Shown here piece by piece: positions 48,681-59,135 of a DNA stretch of 64,000 nt; the stretch's first letter is position 1, and every line of letters begins with the position of its first letter. The stretch comes from Nemertoderma westbladi. Its lineage: Eukaryota > Animalia > Xenacoelomorpha. The stretch is taken from the NCBI GenBank assembly GCA_032718475.1, contig JAUCBJ010008622.1, forward strand, positions 62,001 through 126,000, given 5' to 3'. The notes below the pieces were generated by a model. It saw only the letters and a list, made by a program, of their open reading frames with translations, searched no databases and was not told the DNA's origin. The translations under genes were made by a program, and so were the position numbers.

Positions 48681-50011
48681 TACGTCGAAAAAAACAATTA
48701 GCAATGATCTGGCAAATTAGAAATGTATTCCATTAGAATCAGGGTCCCAGAAAACCTAAAATTGTGAATTTATAGCATCGTATAAGTGAATTACAAATTT
48801 TGTGTTCAAACTGAAAAGTGCTAAAACAGCCATTTATAGTAATTAGATCATTTTAAACACATTCCAATGGATTTTGCGCCAGAGAAAACCTAGTATTTAA
48901 AAAACAATTAGCCGAAAATTATAACTTTCAAATATTATGAAAATTGTTCACTACTTGTAATTTTGGTGAAGCAACCACCCAGTACATTTTTTCGAAATGT
49001 ATTTTTCGGTCGAATTCGCACTGTTAATGAGATTGACATACTAACAAAAAACGTTTTCGTTGAAATTTGTAGATTCTAGAGGGTAGTGGTGTTCTCTGTC
49101 TCCGAGCTCGTTAATGTTCATTATTTGCGTACATTTTTCCGCTGAATAAATCCGGGAGATCTCACCAAATATAATCTCGGATAGGTCTAATTAAGGACAA
49201 TACTGTTGTATTGAAGACAACAGTCAAAAAGATCTACCAACAGTCAGAAAAACTCGCTAACAGTTAGATAATTGTCCCAGATAGTCTACCAACAGTCATG
49301 GGCTTCAAAAAATTCCGATTATCTAAATGGGGTTCTTTAAATTCGAAATAATCAAAATCATATCAGCTGATATCAGTAACTAAGGAAATTACATCATTCT
49401 GTACTGTACCATACAGCAGTAGGCATATGGTTTATGGAACCGAAACAGTTGTTATCACAGTAGGCTATTATTACCAGCATGGTATCCGGGAACGGCGAGA
49501 GGTCGACGTTGGACTTGTTCAGTAGTTTAGTTTGTGGTACCAACACAAGTCAAAGTACTGAGGATTAAATTGCGAAGGACTGTTATTTGGTGTTGATGTA
49601 ACAGACGAGTCTTCTTAATAATATGGCCGCGACTATACCGGTGGCGGCCATCAGTACCAGTACAGCGGTAGGATAGAAGAAAGGGGATCTGTACCCTCAG
49701 CCAGTAACGGACAAAGTACTTTCGATTATTGATAGTAACAATGTGTTGGCAAGCTGTATTTTTCGAGGTGTGATGGGATGTGATGGGATTAGTCCTACAA
49801 TTGCGCCAATAAAAGATAAGTTATTTTCGGTAAAATAAACTTATCATTCGAGGTAAAGACCCCTAGATCCCTTCCTATAATAAATGTATAATAACAAACA
49901 CCTCGAAAAATACAGCTTGCCAACACATTGTTACTATCAATAATCAAAAACTCAGGGGCTAATAAAATGGCAGCTGGCTTTGAAATTAATACTCCATATC
50001 TCAAGAACCTG

Positions 50012-50064
50012 TGGCCTAGTGGTTGTAGTCTCGGCTTCCACCTCGAGGTCCCAGGTTCGAATCC
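50012..50064 (+). promoter_or_regulatory. Pol III type-2 internal promoter (tRNA-like head), repeated in every unit
   Basis: A box TGGCCTAGTGG at 50012-50022 and B box GGTTCGAATCC at 50054-50064. Anticodon-like loop CTTCCAC. Confidence 0.85.
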
Positions 50065-50067
50065 GAC

Positions 50068-50110
50068 ACCACGCTGATGAGACCCAGTAAGGTCGAAACG
50101 CGTACGTGGT
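50068..50110 (+). ncRNA. Type I hammerhead ribozyme (also at 50480, 50892, 51304, 51716, 52128, 52540, 52952, 53364)
   Basis: Stem I ACCACG/CGTGGT, core CTGATGA, stem II GACC-CAGTAA-GGTC, GAAA, minimal palindromic stem III ACGCGT. Predicted cleavage after GTA at 50104. Confidence 0.92.
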
Positions 50111-53100
50111 TTGGAGAGATATGAGATATTAATTTCAAGAAAAATTACGCGATTCTTAAATTTGTACACTACCCGGTTAAAAAGTACGCATGTGATGGGA
50201 TTAGTCCTACAATTGCGCCAATAAAAGATAAGTTATTTTCGGTAAAATAAACTTATCATTCGAGGTAAAGACCCCTAGATCCCTTCCTATAATAAATGTA
50301 TAATAACAAACACCTCGAAAAATACAGCTTGCCAACACATTGTTACTATCAATAATCAAAAACTCAGGGGCTAATAAAATGGCAGCTGGCTTTGAAATTA
50401 ATACTCCATATCTCAAGAACCTGTGGCCTAGTGGTTGTAGTCTCGGCTTCCACCTCGAGGTCCCAGGTTCGAATCCGACACCACGCTGATGAGACCCAGT
50501 AAGGTCGAAACGCGTACGTGGTTTGGAGAGATATGAGATATTAATTTCAAGAAAAATTACGCGATTCTTAAATTTGTACACTACCCGGTTAAAAAGTACG
50601 CATGTGATGGGATTAGTCCTACAATTGCGCCAATAAAAGATAAGTTATTTTCGGTAAAATAAACTTATCATTCGAGGTAAAGACCCCTAGATCCCTTCCT
50701 ATAATAAATGTATAATAACAAACACCTCGAAAAATACAGCTTGCCAACACATTGTTACTATCAATAATCAAAAACTCAGGGGCTAATAAAATGGCAGCTG
50801 GCTTTGAAATTAATACTCCATATCTCAAGAACCTGTGGCCTAGTGGTTGTAGTCTCGGCTTCCACCTCGAGGTCCCAGGTTCGAATCCGACACCACGCTG
50901 ATGAGACCCAGTAAGGTCGAAACGCGTACGTGGTTTGGAGAGATATGAGATATTAATTTCAAGAAAAATTACGCGATTCTTAAATTTGTACACTACCCGG
51001 TTAAAAAGTACGCATGTGATGGGATTAGTCCTACAATTGCGCCAATAAAAGATAAGTTATTTTCGGTAAAATAAACTTATCATTCGAGGTAAAGACCCCT
51101 AGATCCCTTCCTATAATAAATGTATAATAACAAACACCTCGAAAAATACAGCTTGCCAACACATTGTTACTATCAATAATCAAAAACTCAGGGGCTAATA
51201 AAATGGCAGCTGGCTTTGAAATTAATACTCCATATCTCAAGAACCTGTGGCCTAGTGGTTGTAGTCTCGGCTTCCACCTCGAGGTCCCAGGTTCGAATCC
51301 GACACCACGCTGATGAGACCCAGTAAGGTCGAAACGCGTACGTGGTTTGGAGAGATATGAGATATTAATTTCAAGAAAAATTACGCGATTCTTAAATTTG
51401 TACACTACCCGGTTAAAAAGTACGCATGTGATGGGATTAGTCCTACAATTGCGCCAATAAAAGATAAGTTATTTTCGGTAAAATAAACTTATCATTCGAG
51501 GTAAAGACCCCTAGATCCCTTCCTATAATAAATGTATAATAACAAACACCTCGAATAATACAGCTTGCCAACACATTGTTACTATCAATAATCAAAAACT
51601 CAGGGGCTAATAAAATGGCAGCTGGCTTTGAAATTAATACTCCATATCTCAAGAACCTGTGGCCTAGTGGTTGTAGTCTCGGCTTCCACCTCGAGGTCCC
51701 AGGTTCGAATCCGACACCACGCTGATGAGACCCAGTAAGGTCGAAACGCGTACGTGGTTTGGAGAGATATGAGATATTAATTTCAAGAAAAATTACGCGA
51801 TTCTTAAATTTGTACACTACCCGGTTAAAAAGTACGCATGTGATGGGATTAGTCCTACAATTGCGCCAATAAAAGATAAGTTATTTTCGGTAAAATAAAC
51901 TTATCATTCGAGGTAAAGACCCCTAGATCCCTTCCTATAATAAATGTATAATAACAAACACCTCGAAAAATACAGCTTGCCAACACATTGTTACTATCAA
52001 TAATCAAAAACTCAGGGGCTAATAAAATGGCAGCTGGCTTTGAAATTAATACTCCATATCTCAAGAACCTGTGGCCTAGTGGTTGTAGTCTCGGCTTCCA
52101 CCTCGAGGTCCCAGGTTCGAATCCGACACCACGCTGATGAGACCCAGTAAGGTCGAAACGCGTACGTGGTTTGGAGAGATATGAGATATTAATTTCAAGA
52201 AAAATTACGCGATTCTTAAATTTGTACACTACCCGGTTAAAAAGTACGCATGTGATGGGATTAGTCCTACAATTGCGCCAATAAAAGATAAGTTATTTTC
52301 GGTAAAATAAACTTATTATTCGAGGTAAAGACCCCTAGATCCCTTCCTATAATAAATGTATAATAACAAACACCTCGAAAAATACAGCTTGCCAACACAT
52401 TGTTACTATCAATAATCAAAAACTCAGGGGCTAATAAAATGGCAGCTGGCTTTGAAATTAATACTCCATATCTCAAGAACCTGTGGCCTAGTGGTTGTAG
52501 TCTCGGCTTCCACCTCGAGGTCCCAGGTTCGAATCCGACACCACGCTGATGAAACCCAGTAAGGTCGAAACGCGTACGTGGTTTGGAGAGATGTGAGATA
52601 TTAATTTCAAGAAAAATTACGCGATTCTTAAATTTGTACACTACCCGGTTAAAAAGTACGCATGTGATGGGATTAGTCCTACAATTGCGCCAATAAAAGA
52701 TAAGTTATTTTCGGTAAAATAAACTTATCATTCGAGGTAAAGACCCCTAGATCCCTTCCTATAATAAATGTATAATAACAAACACCTCGAAAAATACAGC
52801 TTGCCAACACATTGTTACTATCAATAATCAAAAACTCAGGGGCTAATAAAATGGCAGCTGGCTTTGAAATTAATACTCCATATCTCAAGAACCTGTGGCC
52901 TAGTGGTTGTAGTCTCGGCTTCCACCTCGAGGTCCCAGGTTCGAATCCGACACCACGCTGATGAGACCCAGTAAGGTCGAAACGCGTACGTGGTTTGGAG
53001 AGATATGAGATATTAATTTCAAGAAAAATTACGCGATTCTTAAATTTGTACACTACCCGGTTAAAAAGTACGCATGTGATGGGATTAGTCCTACAATTGC

Positions 53101-54396
53101 GCCAATAAAAGATAAGTTATTTTCGGTAAAATAAACTTATCATTCGAGGTAAAGACCCCTAGATCCCTTCCTATAATAAATGTATAATAACAAACACCTC
53201 GAAAAATACAGCTTGCCAACACATTGTTACTATCAATAATCAAAAACTCAGGGGCTAATAAAATGGCAGCTGGCTTTGAAATTAATACTCCATATCTCAA
53301 GAACCTGTGGCCTAGTGGTTGTAGTCTCGGCTTCCACCTCGAGGTCCCAGGTTCGAATCCGACACCACGCTGATGAGACCCAGTAAGGTCGAAACGCGTA
53401 CGTGGTTTGGAGAGATATGAGATATTAATTTCAAGAAAAATTACGCGATTCTTAAATTTGTACACTACCCGGTTAAAAAGTACGCATGTGATGGGATTAG
53501 TCCTACAATTGCGCCAATAAAAGATAAGTTATTTTCGGTAAAATAAACTTATCATTCGAGGTAAAGACCCCTAGATCCCTTCCTATAATAAATGTATAAA
53601 GTACTTTCGGAGCGAATACATTTCCATGGGATACATTTCCGACCTCTCTGTCATGATTGTCTATTGTCGGGTATGAGAGATGGAATTCTTTATTTTCTAT
53701 ATACCCTATGTGTCTCCATTACTACTAATATAATTATTTTTATGTTGTGTGCTATAGTTGTGATTATACTGTAGTTAGGTCATTTCATTCATGTGTTTAT
53801 TTGGTGTAATAGTAATAATTTGTACTGTAGTAAGTTCGTTTTGTGCAATATTCACTACTATCTCATACTGTATAAGAATTTATATTTAAGCAACAGAATG
53901 TACCACTACCGGTTACCAATTCATTATCTGATTTAGTGATTGATAATGGCTGCGATCTGCAGTTGAAATATATTTATTTTGCCTAGGCCCTACCGTACTG
54001 CCGTACCGATTCGAATTGTATATATAGTACCTAATATACTGCTTGACAATTATATTTTATACTCCGAATTAAACTTATTATTTTCTTAATATAATTATTA
54101 ATAAACATTTTTTTAATAATTTTACTTTTGTCCAGAACGACCACATTAACTTGCTAAGAAGTGACCTAACTATTTGTTTTTATTCAAAAGGGAAACCAAT
54201 ACAAATTCTATATGTTCCCTTGCATAATGGTCGAATTATTAATAATAGCCTTTTTATATATATAAATTTAATATATCTTAATAGTAAATAATAAAGTTAA
54301 TTGCTTTAATAAAAAAAATCTATGAATTATTCAAAAAGTTAAAGTAATATTAATATAATATATATATACTGTGCTTTATTAGATTATATTTATTAC

Positions 54397-54606
54397 CAAA
54401 ACAAGGTGTTGGACAAATCCCCCAGTTCCCTGATTCCGGGCCGCCCACATAGTATCCACTTTCAGCGGCTTCTTCGGTAATAGCACACCAATAGTTATTG
54501 GGGATGGATACAGAATCAAAAATACATTCATAGTAATCGACTGGGTCAGTTTCATTAGCTTTCTGAGGAAATATGCAAAGACTATCGCCATTTGTTATAC
54601 ACGAGT
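54397..54606 (-). CDS. Host exon encoding a fibronectin type II-like domain, phase 1-1
   Basis: Acceptor TTTTTTACAG, donor GTAATA, 210 bp. Translation: SCITNGDSLCIFPQKANETDPVDYYECIFDSVSIPNNYWCAITEEAAESGYYVGGPESGNWGICPTPCF (CxFP, Y..C, WCA, WGxC). This frame is not in the ORF track. Confidence 0.82.
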
Positions 54607-55040
54607 CTGTAAAAAAATAACAATATAAGTTAGAGACCTACAGAATACAATATCGGCCGATGTAGGAACTTTTTTTGCATTGTTTAATCAAGTCAGTCCA
54701 GGAGGAAGTTGCCATGTTTGTAAAAAGTCTATTGTATCAGAATGGCGCCAAAAATGATGTTTGCATTTCCAGCAATATTTTTTACTAGTTTAATCAAGAT
54801 GAGCGACCTTGAAAACACATATACCTTCAGAATTATGAAAACAAACACAAAACTTTTTAGTTTGAAATTTTCTTGTACTTTTCATCCTGGGGGACCAAAA
54901 TATTACCAAAAATGATGGTTGCATTGCCAGAAAATATTTTTTAACAAGTTTTATCATGATCAGCGACCTCGAAAAGCATTATACCATCAACATTGTAATT
55001 TTCGAGCCAAGATCTAAAAAAGTTATAAAATGACCCCCCT

Positions 55041-55684
55041 AACTATATACGTAGTAAAACACGTTCGTGGGGACTTCGCGCAGCACGTAGTCGGCAAGCC
55101 TTGGCATACGGTTCATATAGAGCAAATGGGGCATGTCTAGTTTGGACCCAATATCCCATGCTATAAATGTATTCATTCGATATACAATCATATGTTAATC
55201 CGCTAGGTGGTGTCAAATTGTTATTCTGCAATTTCGTACTTACCAGTGCAGCACTGTACAGCAGTACCGTACCGGTAGGCCTATGTCATTACTTCTGAGT
55301 CTCTAGCGGATCCCCAATTAAATGTCTTAACTTTTCAATTTCGTAAAAGATATACTTCATGATTCTCTACAGGCCACCAAAATTTCAGCTCAGGAAAATG
55401 AGGCCTTCCCGAGAAATTTAACATTTTCTAAAAACCACATAATCTGTCGTAGCTGACGTCAGACTGCATGATTTTTCACCAAACTTTACAAACTTTCTAA
55501 ACTTTCTCTCTACTACTTACCTACTAAGTTTGGTTCAATTCCGAACCAGCGATGCAGAGAAATTCGCGTTCAAACATTTACCAGACAGACAGACAGACGG
55601 ACATGCCCCATTTGCCCTATATGAACCGTATGCCAAGGCTCGCCGACTACGTGTCTCGCCCCACAGCCCAGGCCATATACGGTT
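55041..55684. mobile_element. Non-autonomous element with ~53-bp subterminal inverted repeats and (CAGA)n (DINE/HINE-like)
   Basis: ACGTAGTCGGCAAGCCTTGGCATACGGTTCATATAG... at 55085 is inverted at ~55600-55652. Confidence 0.6.
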
Positions 55685-56389
55685 AAAGTTGAATGTTGAT
55701 TGTCTTTGATTGAGCGTCTCCATAGTCTACAATGCGCTATTATAGCTTTTAGTTGAAAATTGAAAGCTCATGGGTGACCTGGGCCTTAGGTTTAATTATG
55801 GTATGCTTTTAAACGCATCTCCGTTGTAAAGTTAGTAAAGTTGTAAATGTTTCTATTAGTAGCGTTTTGTTATTATTCCTTGTAGAGCTGACCTCGATAT
55901 GTGGTTGCTACACAAACCACTCACTCATATTCTATCTTAACGGATTCTCTGGTATCAAAGCAAACAGTCGGCCGAGGCCTGAGGCGACCCGAAGGCTCCT
56001 CTTTCGATAGCTGCTACCCGAAGGTAGAGGTGGGCGCTACTCCTATCCAAAAATTTGCTCCCAGTAATTTAACTGGTACTCATCTCTGGTATGGTTTAGG
56101 TTATAGTAATAATGTATGCTTATTAGAAAATGATGTTTTTACCTTTACAAACCAATTTTAGCATATAAAGAATTATGAAATTTCCTTTTGTGATCAAATG
56201 CGCTAACAGAACCAGCGGATTCGGATACAGCACAATTAATTGATTTAATATAAAACTATTGGATGCCGGCCTTTACCTAATATTTTAGGTAATTTTCAGG
56301 ATTTGGAACCTGTAGACGATTTTATAAATAAACATTGTATAGTATTTTGTAAAATATTATTTATTGTTGTAATTTATGTCATAGATTAG

Positions 56390-56632
56390 TAAGTAGGTAT
56401 AATATAAGGCCTAATTAATTGGTACTTATAGAATAAGATAGAGTAGGCATAAATATAAGGCCTAATTAATTGGTACTTATAGAGTAAGATAGAGTAGGCA
56501 TAAATATAAGGCCTAATTAATTGGTACTTATAGAGTAAGATAGAGTAGGCATAAATATAAGGCCTAATTAATTGGTACTTGTAGAGTGTGTAGGAAGTAG
56601 GTATAATATAAGGTCTAATTAATTGGTACTTG
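56390..56632. repeat. 51-bp tandem repeat, ~5 copies
   Basis: AATATAAGGCCTAATTAATTGGTACTT recurs at 56401, 56452, 56503 and 56554, with a variant near 56606. Confidence 0.9.
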
Positions 56633-56633
56633 T

Positions 56634-58573
56634 TGTTAGCTTATTCAATCCCGCTAACACGAACCCATAAAGTTGGTTATTAAGCAATATTGGGGGACAC
56701 GAGATTTGGCAATCAATCACTCGTGTCACCCCAACAGAATGGGAAGGAGAAACACACGGCAAGGGTCAGGGGCCAAACCCCTAACAGAGAGAGAATAGCT
56801 GGAGTGAAAGGGAACACTCCGAAAGGCGCCAACAAGGGTATCAACCAATCAGGGGGGGGGGGGGGGGGAAGCATCGATTAGGTACAGTAACAAGGCCAAC
56901 CCGTGCAATATAACCAGTTGGCAGTAATCATAGCATTCAGTTATCTCAGCATATTGGTGCTAGTGTAGAAAATAGTTTAGCTAGGGAAGTACCGGGACTT
57001 CAGTTACCGTATCCCGCCTTCCGTATACAACAACCATATTATCTCATATCTATACCTATATCTATATCTGTATACCCAAATATTATATACGACGAACAGC
57101 ACAAACTCCTTTATCTTTCATACACGGCGGGGACGAGTGAACTGACAAACGGATAAACCGGGATCTCATCTGGATCCCGTCACAGTAACTGAACGCAGAG
57201 CTGCCGCCCTAGCTAGTTAAACTCAGTGACTACCAGCCATCAATCTATAAAAGAGAGATGAGTCAGTCAGGAGAAGCGACACCGCCGCGGACCCCGGACG
57301 AAGAACTAACGATCCGCGAGGCTGCGACCAGACGATATAGGCCCACGACGCCAGACCCATCGGTAACGGGTGACCCGGCAGTTCAGGACGAGGGGGGCCG
57401 TCTGGAGCCAGAGGTCGAGTCGAGAGGAGGGGGAGTCGAGCCGAGAGAAGGTGAGAGCGAGACGGAGGGAGAAGGAGACGAGTCGACACGGAACGAGGGT
57501 CGACATACCGATGTCGCCCGCCAGCCACAGGCCGAGGGCGACGAACGGCCCACCGAAACGGCGACGGTGGGGCCACCGGTACGACGTCGGACCCGGAGAG
57601 ACGGAAGAGAGGTCGGCGACGAGGACGTCGGGGTTTCTGATCGACTTCGACGGGCCTACAACGCGACCCGGAAACTACTAAAGGAGGCCAAAGAGGAGAG
57701 GGCGAAGATAGACGAGGTGAGACTGAGGAAGCGACTAGGTGAGTCAAATAGACACTTTAATTATCTAATGCGCTTCGGGCAGAGAGAACTGGCCAAGGAG
57801 AGAGCTAGAGGGGTTGCCGAGGAACTGTGTGACTTATGGCGGTGTAGAGGTATGCAACCTAGCGTAGTGTACGTAGGGCCATACTTAGTCGATGCCCGGG
57901 GAGTAAAATTAGTGGGTTGGAGGAGACCTGAGGAGGGCGAATCCGAGGTTAACCCCGAGGATTCGGCCTCGTCGGTCGGAGGGAGTTCAGGGAGGCGGGG
58001 GAAAGTTAGTGGGACGGGAAGACGGAGGGAATCCGTCATAACCGATAAGTCTGCTACATCCTCCGTAAAAAAAAGACGGGTGAGAGAGATAAAGGCCACT
58101 TACCATCTCGACGTGATAGCGCAGGGTCAAAGGGAAATAGATAGACGGTTAGAGGAGGGGAGAATGCTGCTAGAGAGGGAACCTTGATTAGAGAAACCGG
58201 AGAGAGGGCCGAAAGGGCCGTGAAAAGCCTTAGGGAGTGTGAGGAAATAGAGAGAAAGGAACAAGAGGAGCATGTGGCAGAACGCAGGGAGCGTGAGGCG
58301 AGAGAGGAGAAGGAGCGCAAGGAGCGTGAGGCGAGAGAGGAGAAGGAGCGCAAGGAGCGTGAGGCGAGAGAGGAAAAGGAGCGCAAAGAGCGTGAGGCTG
58401 AGCGTAAGGAGCGTAAGGCGAGAGAGGAAAGGGAACGCAAAGAGCGTGAGGCTGAACGTAAGGAGCTTGAGGCAAGAGAGGAGAAGGAACGTAAAGAACG
58501 TGAGGCAAGGCGACGGGAGGGAGCTAGGAGAGTGGTAGAGTTGGCCGAGCAGAGCGCACGGGAGTGTCGGGAG
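56634..58573 (+). mobile_element. BEL/Pao element E3 (relative of E1): 5' LTR 56634-57184 and gag start, truncated
   Basis: LTR TGTTAGC...CCCGTCACA is homologous to the E1 LTR. ORF 57258-58187 plus 58184-58576 is clearly homologous to E1 22802-23365 and 22099-22545. Confidence 0.85.
57258..58187 (+). CDS. E3 gag N-terminal region
   Basis: TIREAA.RRYRP, TVGPPVRRRTRR and RLRRAYNAT are shared with E1; VNPEDSASS. Confidence 0.75.
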   Translation: MSQSGEATPPRTPDEELTIREAATRRYRPTTPDPSVTGDPAVQDEGGRLEPEVESRGGGVEPREGESETEGEGDESTRNEGRHTDVARQPQAEGDERPTETATVGPPVRRRTRRDGREVGDEDVGVSDRLRRAYNATRKLLKEAKEERAKIDEVRLRKRLGESNRHFNYLMRFGQRELAKERARGVAEELCDLWRCRGMQPSVVYVGPYLVDARGVKLVGWRRPEEGESEVNPEDSASSVGGSSGRRGKVSGTGRRRESVITDKSATSSVKKRRVREIKATYHLDVIAQGQREIDRRLEEGRMLLEREP

Positions 58574-59135
58574 TAGGGTTCAACAGAAGGCACTTTATGG
58601 GGCCGAACCGAACCGAACCGAAGCAGGGCCAACTTCGGGCCGAACCGAACCGAATCTGAACCGAAGTTCTGAAATTTAGCAATTTATGGTCATAAATTCG
58701 TATTTACGTCACTATACTGGCTGACTGGCAGTGGCAGACTGGTACCTAATTGGTCTGTGGACTTAGCGAGAAAGCTATGATTAATTAAAAAAATAAGTAC
58801 TACAAAATAAAATGGCAATATTTACATTACTGTACATTACTAACCTAAACTACTGTATACTTACTTTATGCATGCACTTACTGTATATGCACCACATTTT
58901 CACCCGTAGTAAGCCGTACAGTAGTAACATCAAATTTAAAAAACCTCACTAAAAGTACAGGTAGTCTTTCCGTCTTTGTAATACTATTTATATGAGATAG
59001 TAGGTATATTTGGTATTATGTATCAAAGTTATGATTAATTAAAAATTAGGTACTACAAAGTAAAATTGCAATATTTAGCCTAACCTAAACTACTATATAA
59101 TTAAGCTAATTTTGAAACTACCCAAGTAACCTGTA

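Larger units (their letters stand above)
49725..53597 (+). mobile_element. Retrozyme-like tandem array: ~9.3 x 412-bp units, each with a tRNA-derived Pol III promoter and type I hammerhead ribozyme
   Basis: 412-bp periodicity, 12-bp TSD AAAGTACTTTCG (49713-49724 / 53598-53609) and an inverted unit fragment at 49725-49771. Confidence 0.92.

Noticed and set aside
50005-50071. Array of tRNA-Gly(TCC) genes
   Set aside because: A and B boxes are present, but there is no acceptor stem and the anticodon stem is imperfect; this is a SINE-type head.
49795-53465. Nine 124-aa minus-strand ORFs
   Set aside because: They are antisense to the Pol III promoter and ribozyme, use a non-ATG start and have no recognisable domain; a by-product of the repeat.
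54379-54591. 70-aa ORF from the track
   Set aside because: Wrong frame; the spliced phase-1 frame encodes the FN2 domain.
55888-56090. Possible plus-strand exon
   Set aside because: The minus strand resembles a SINE central/3' part (ATGAGTACCAG); no convincing protein.
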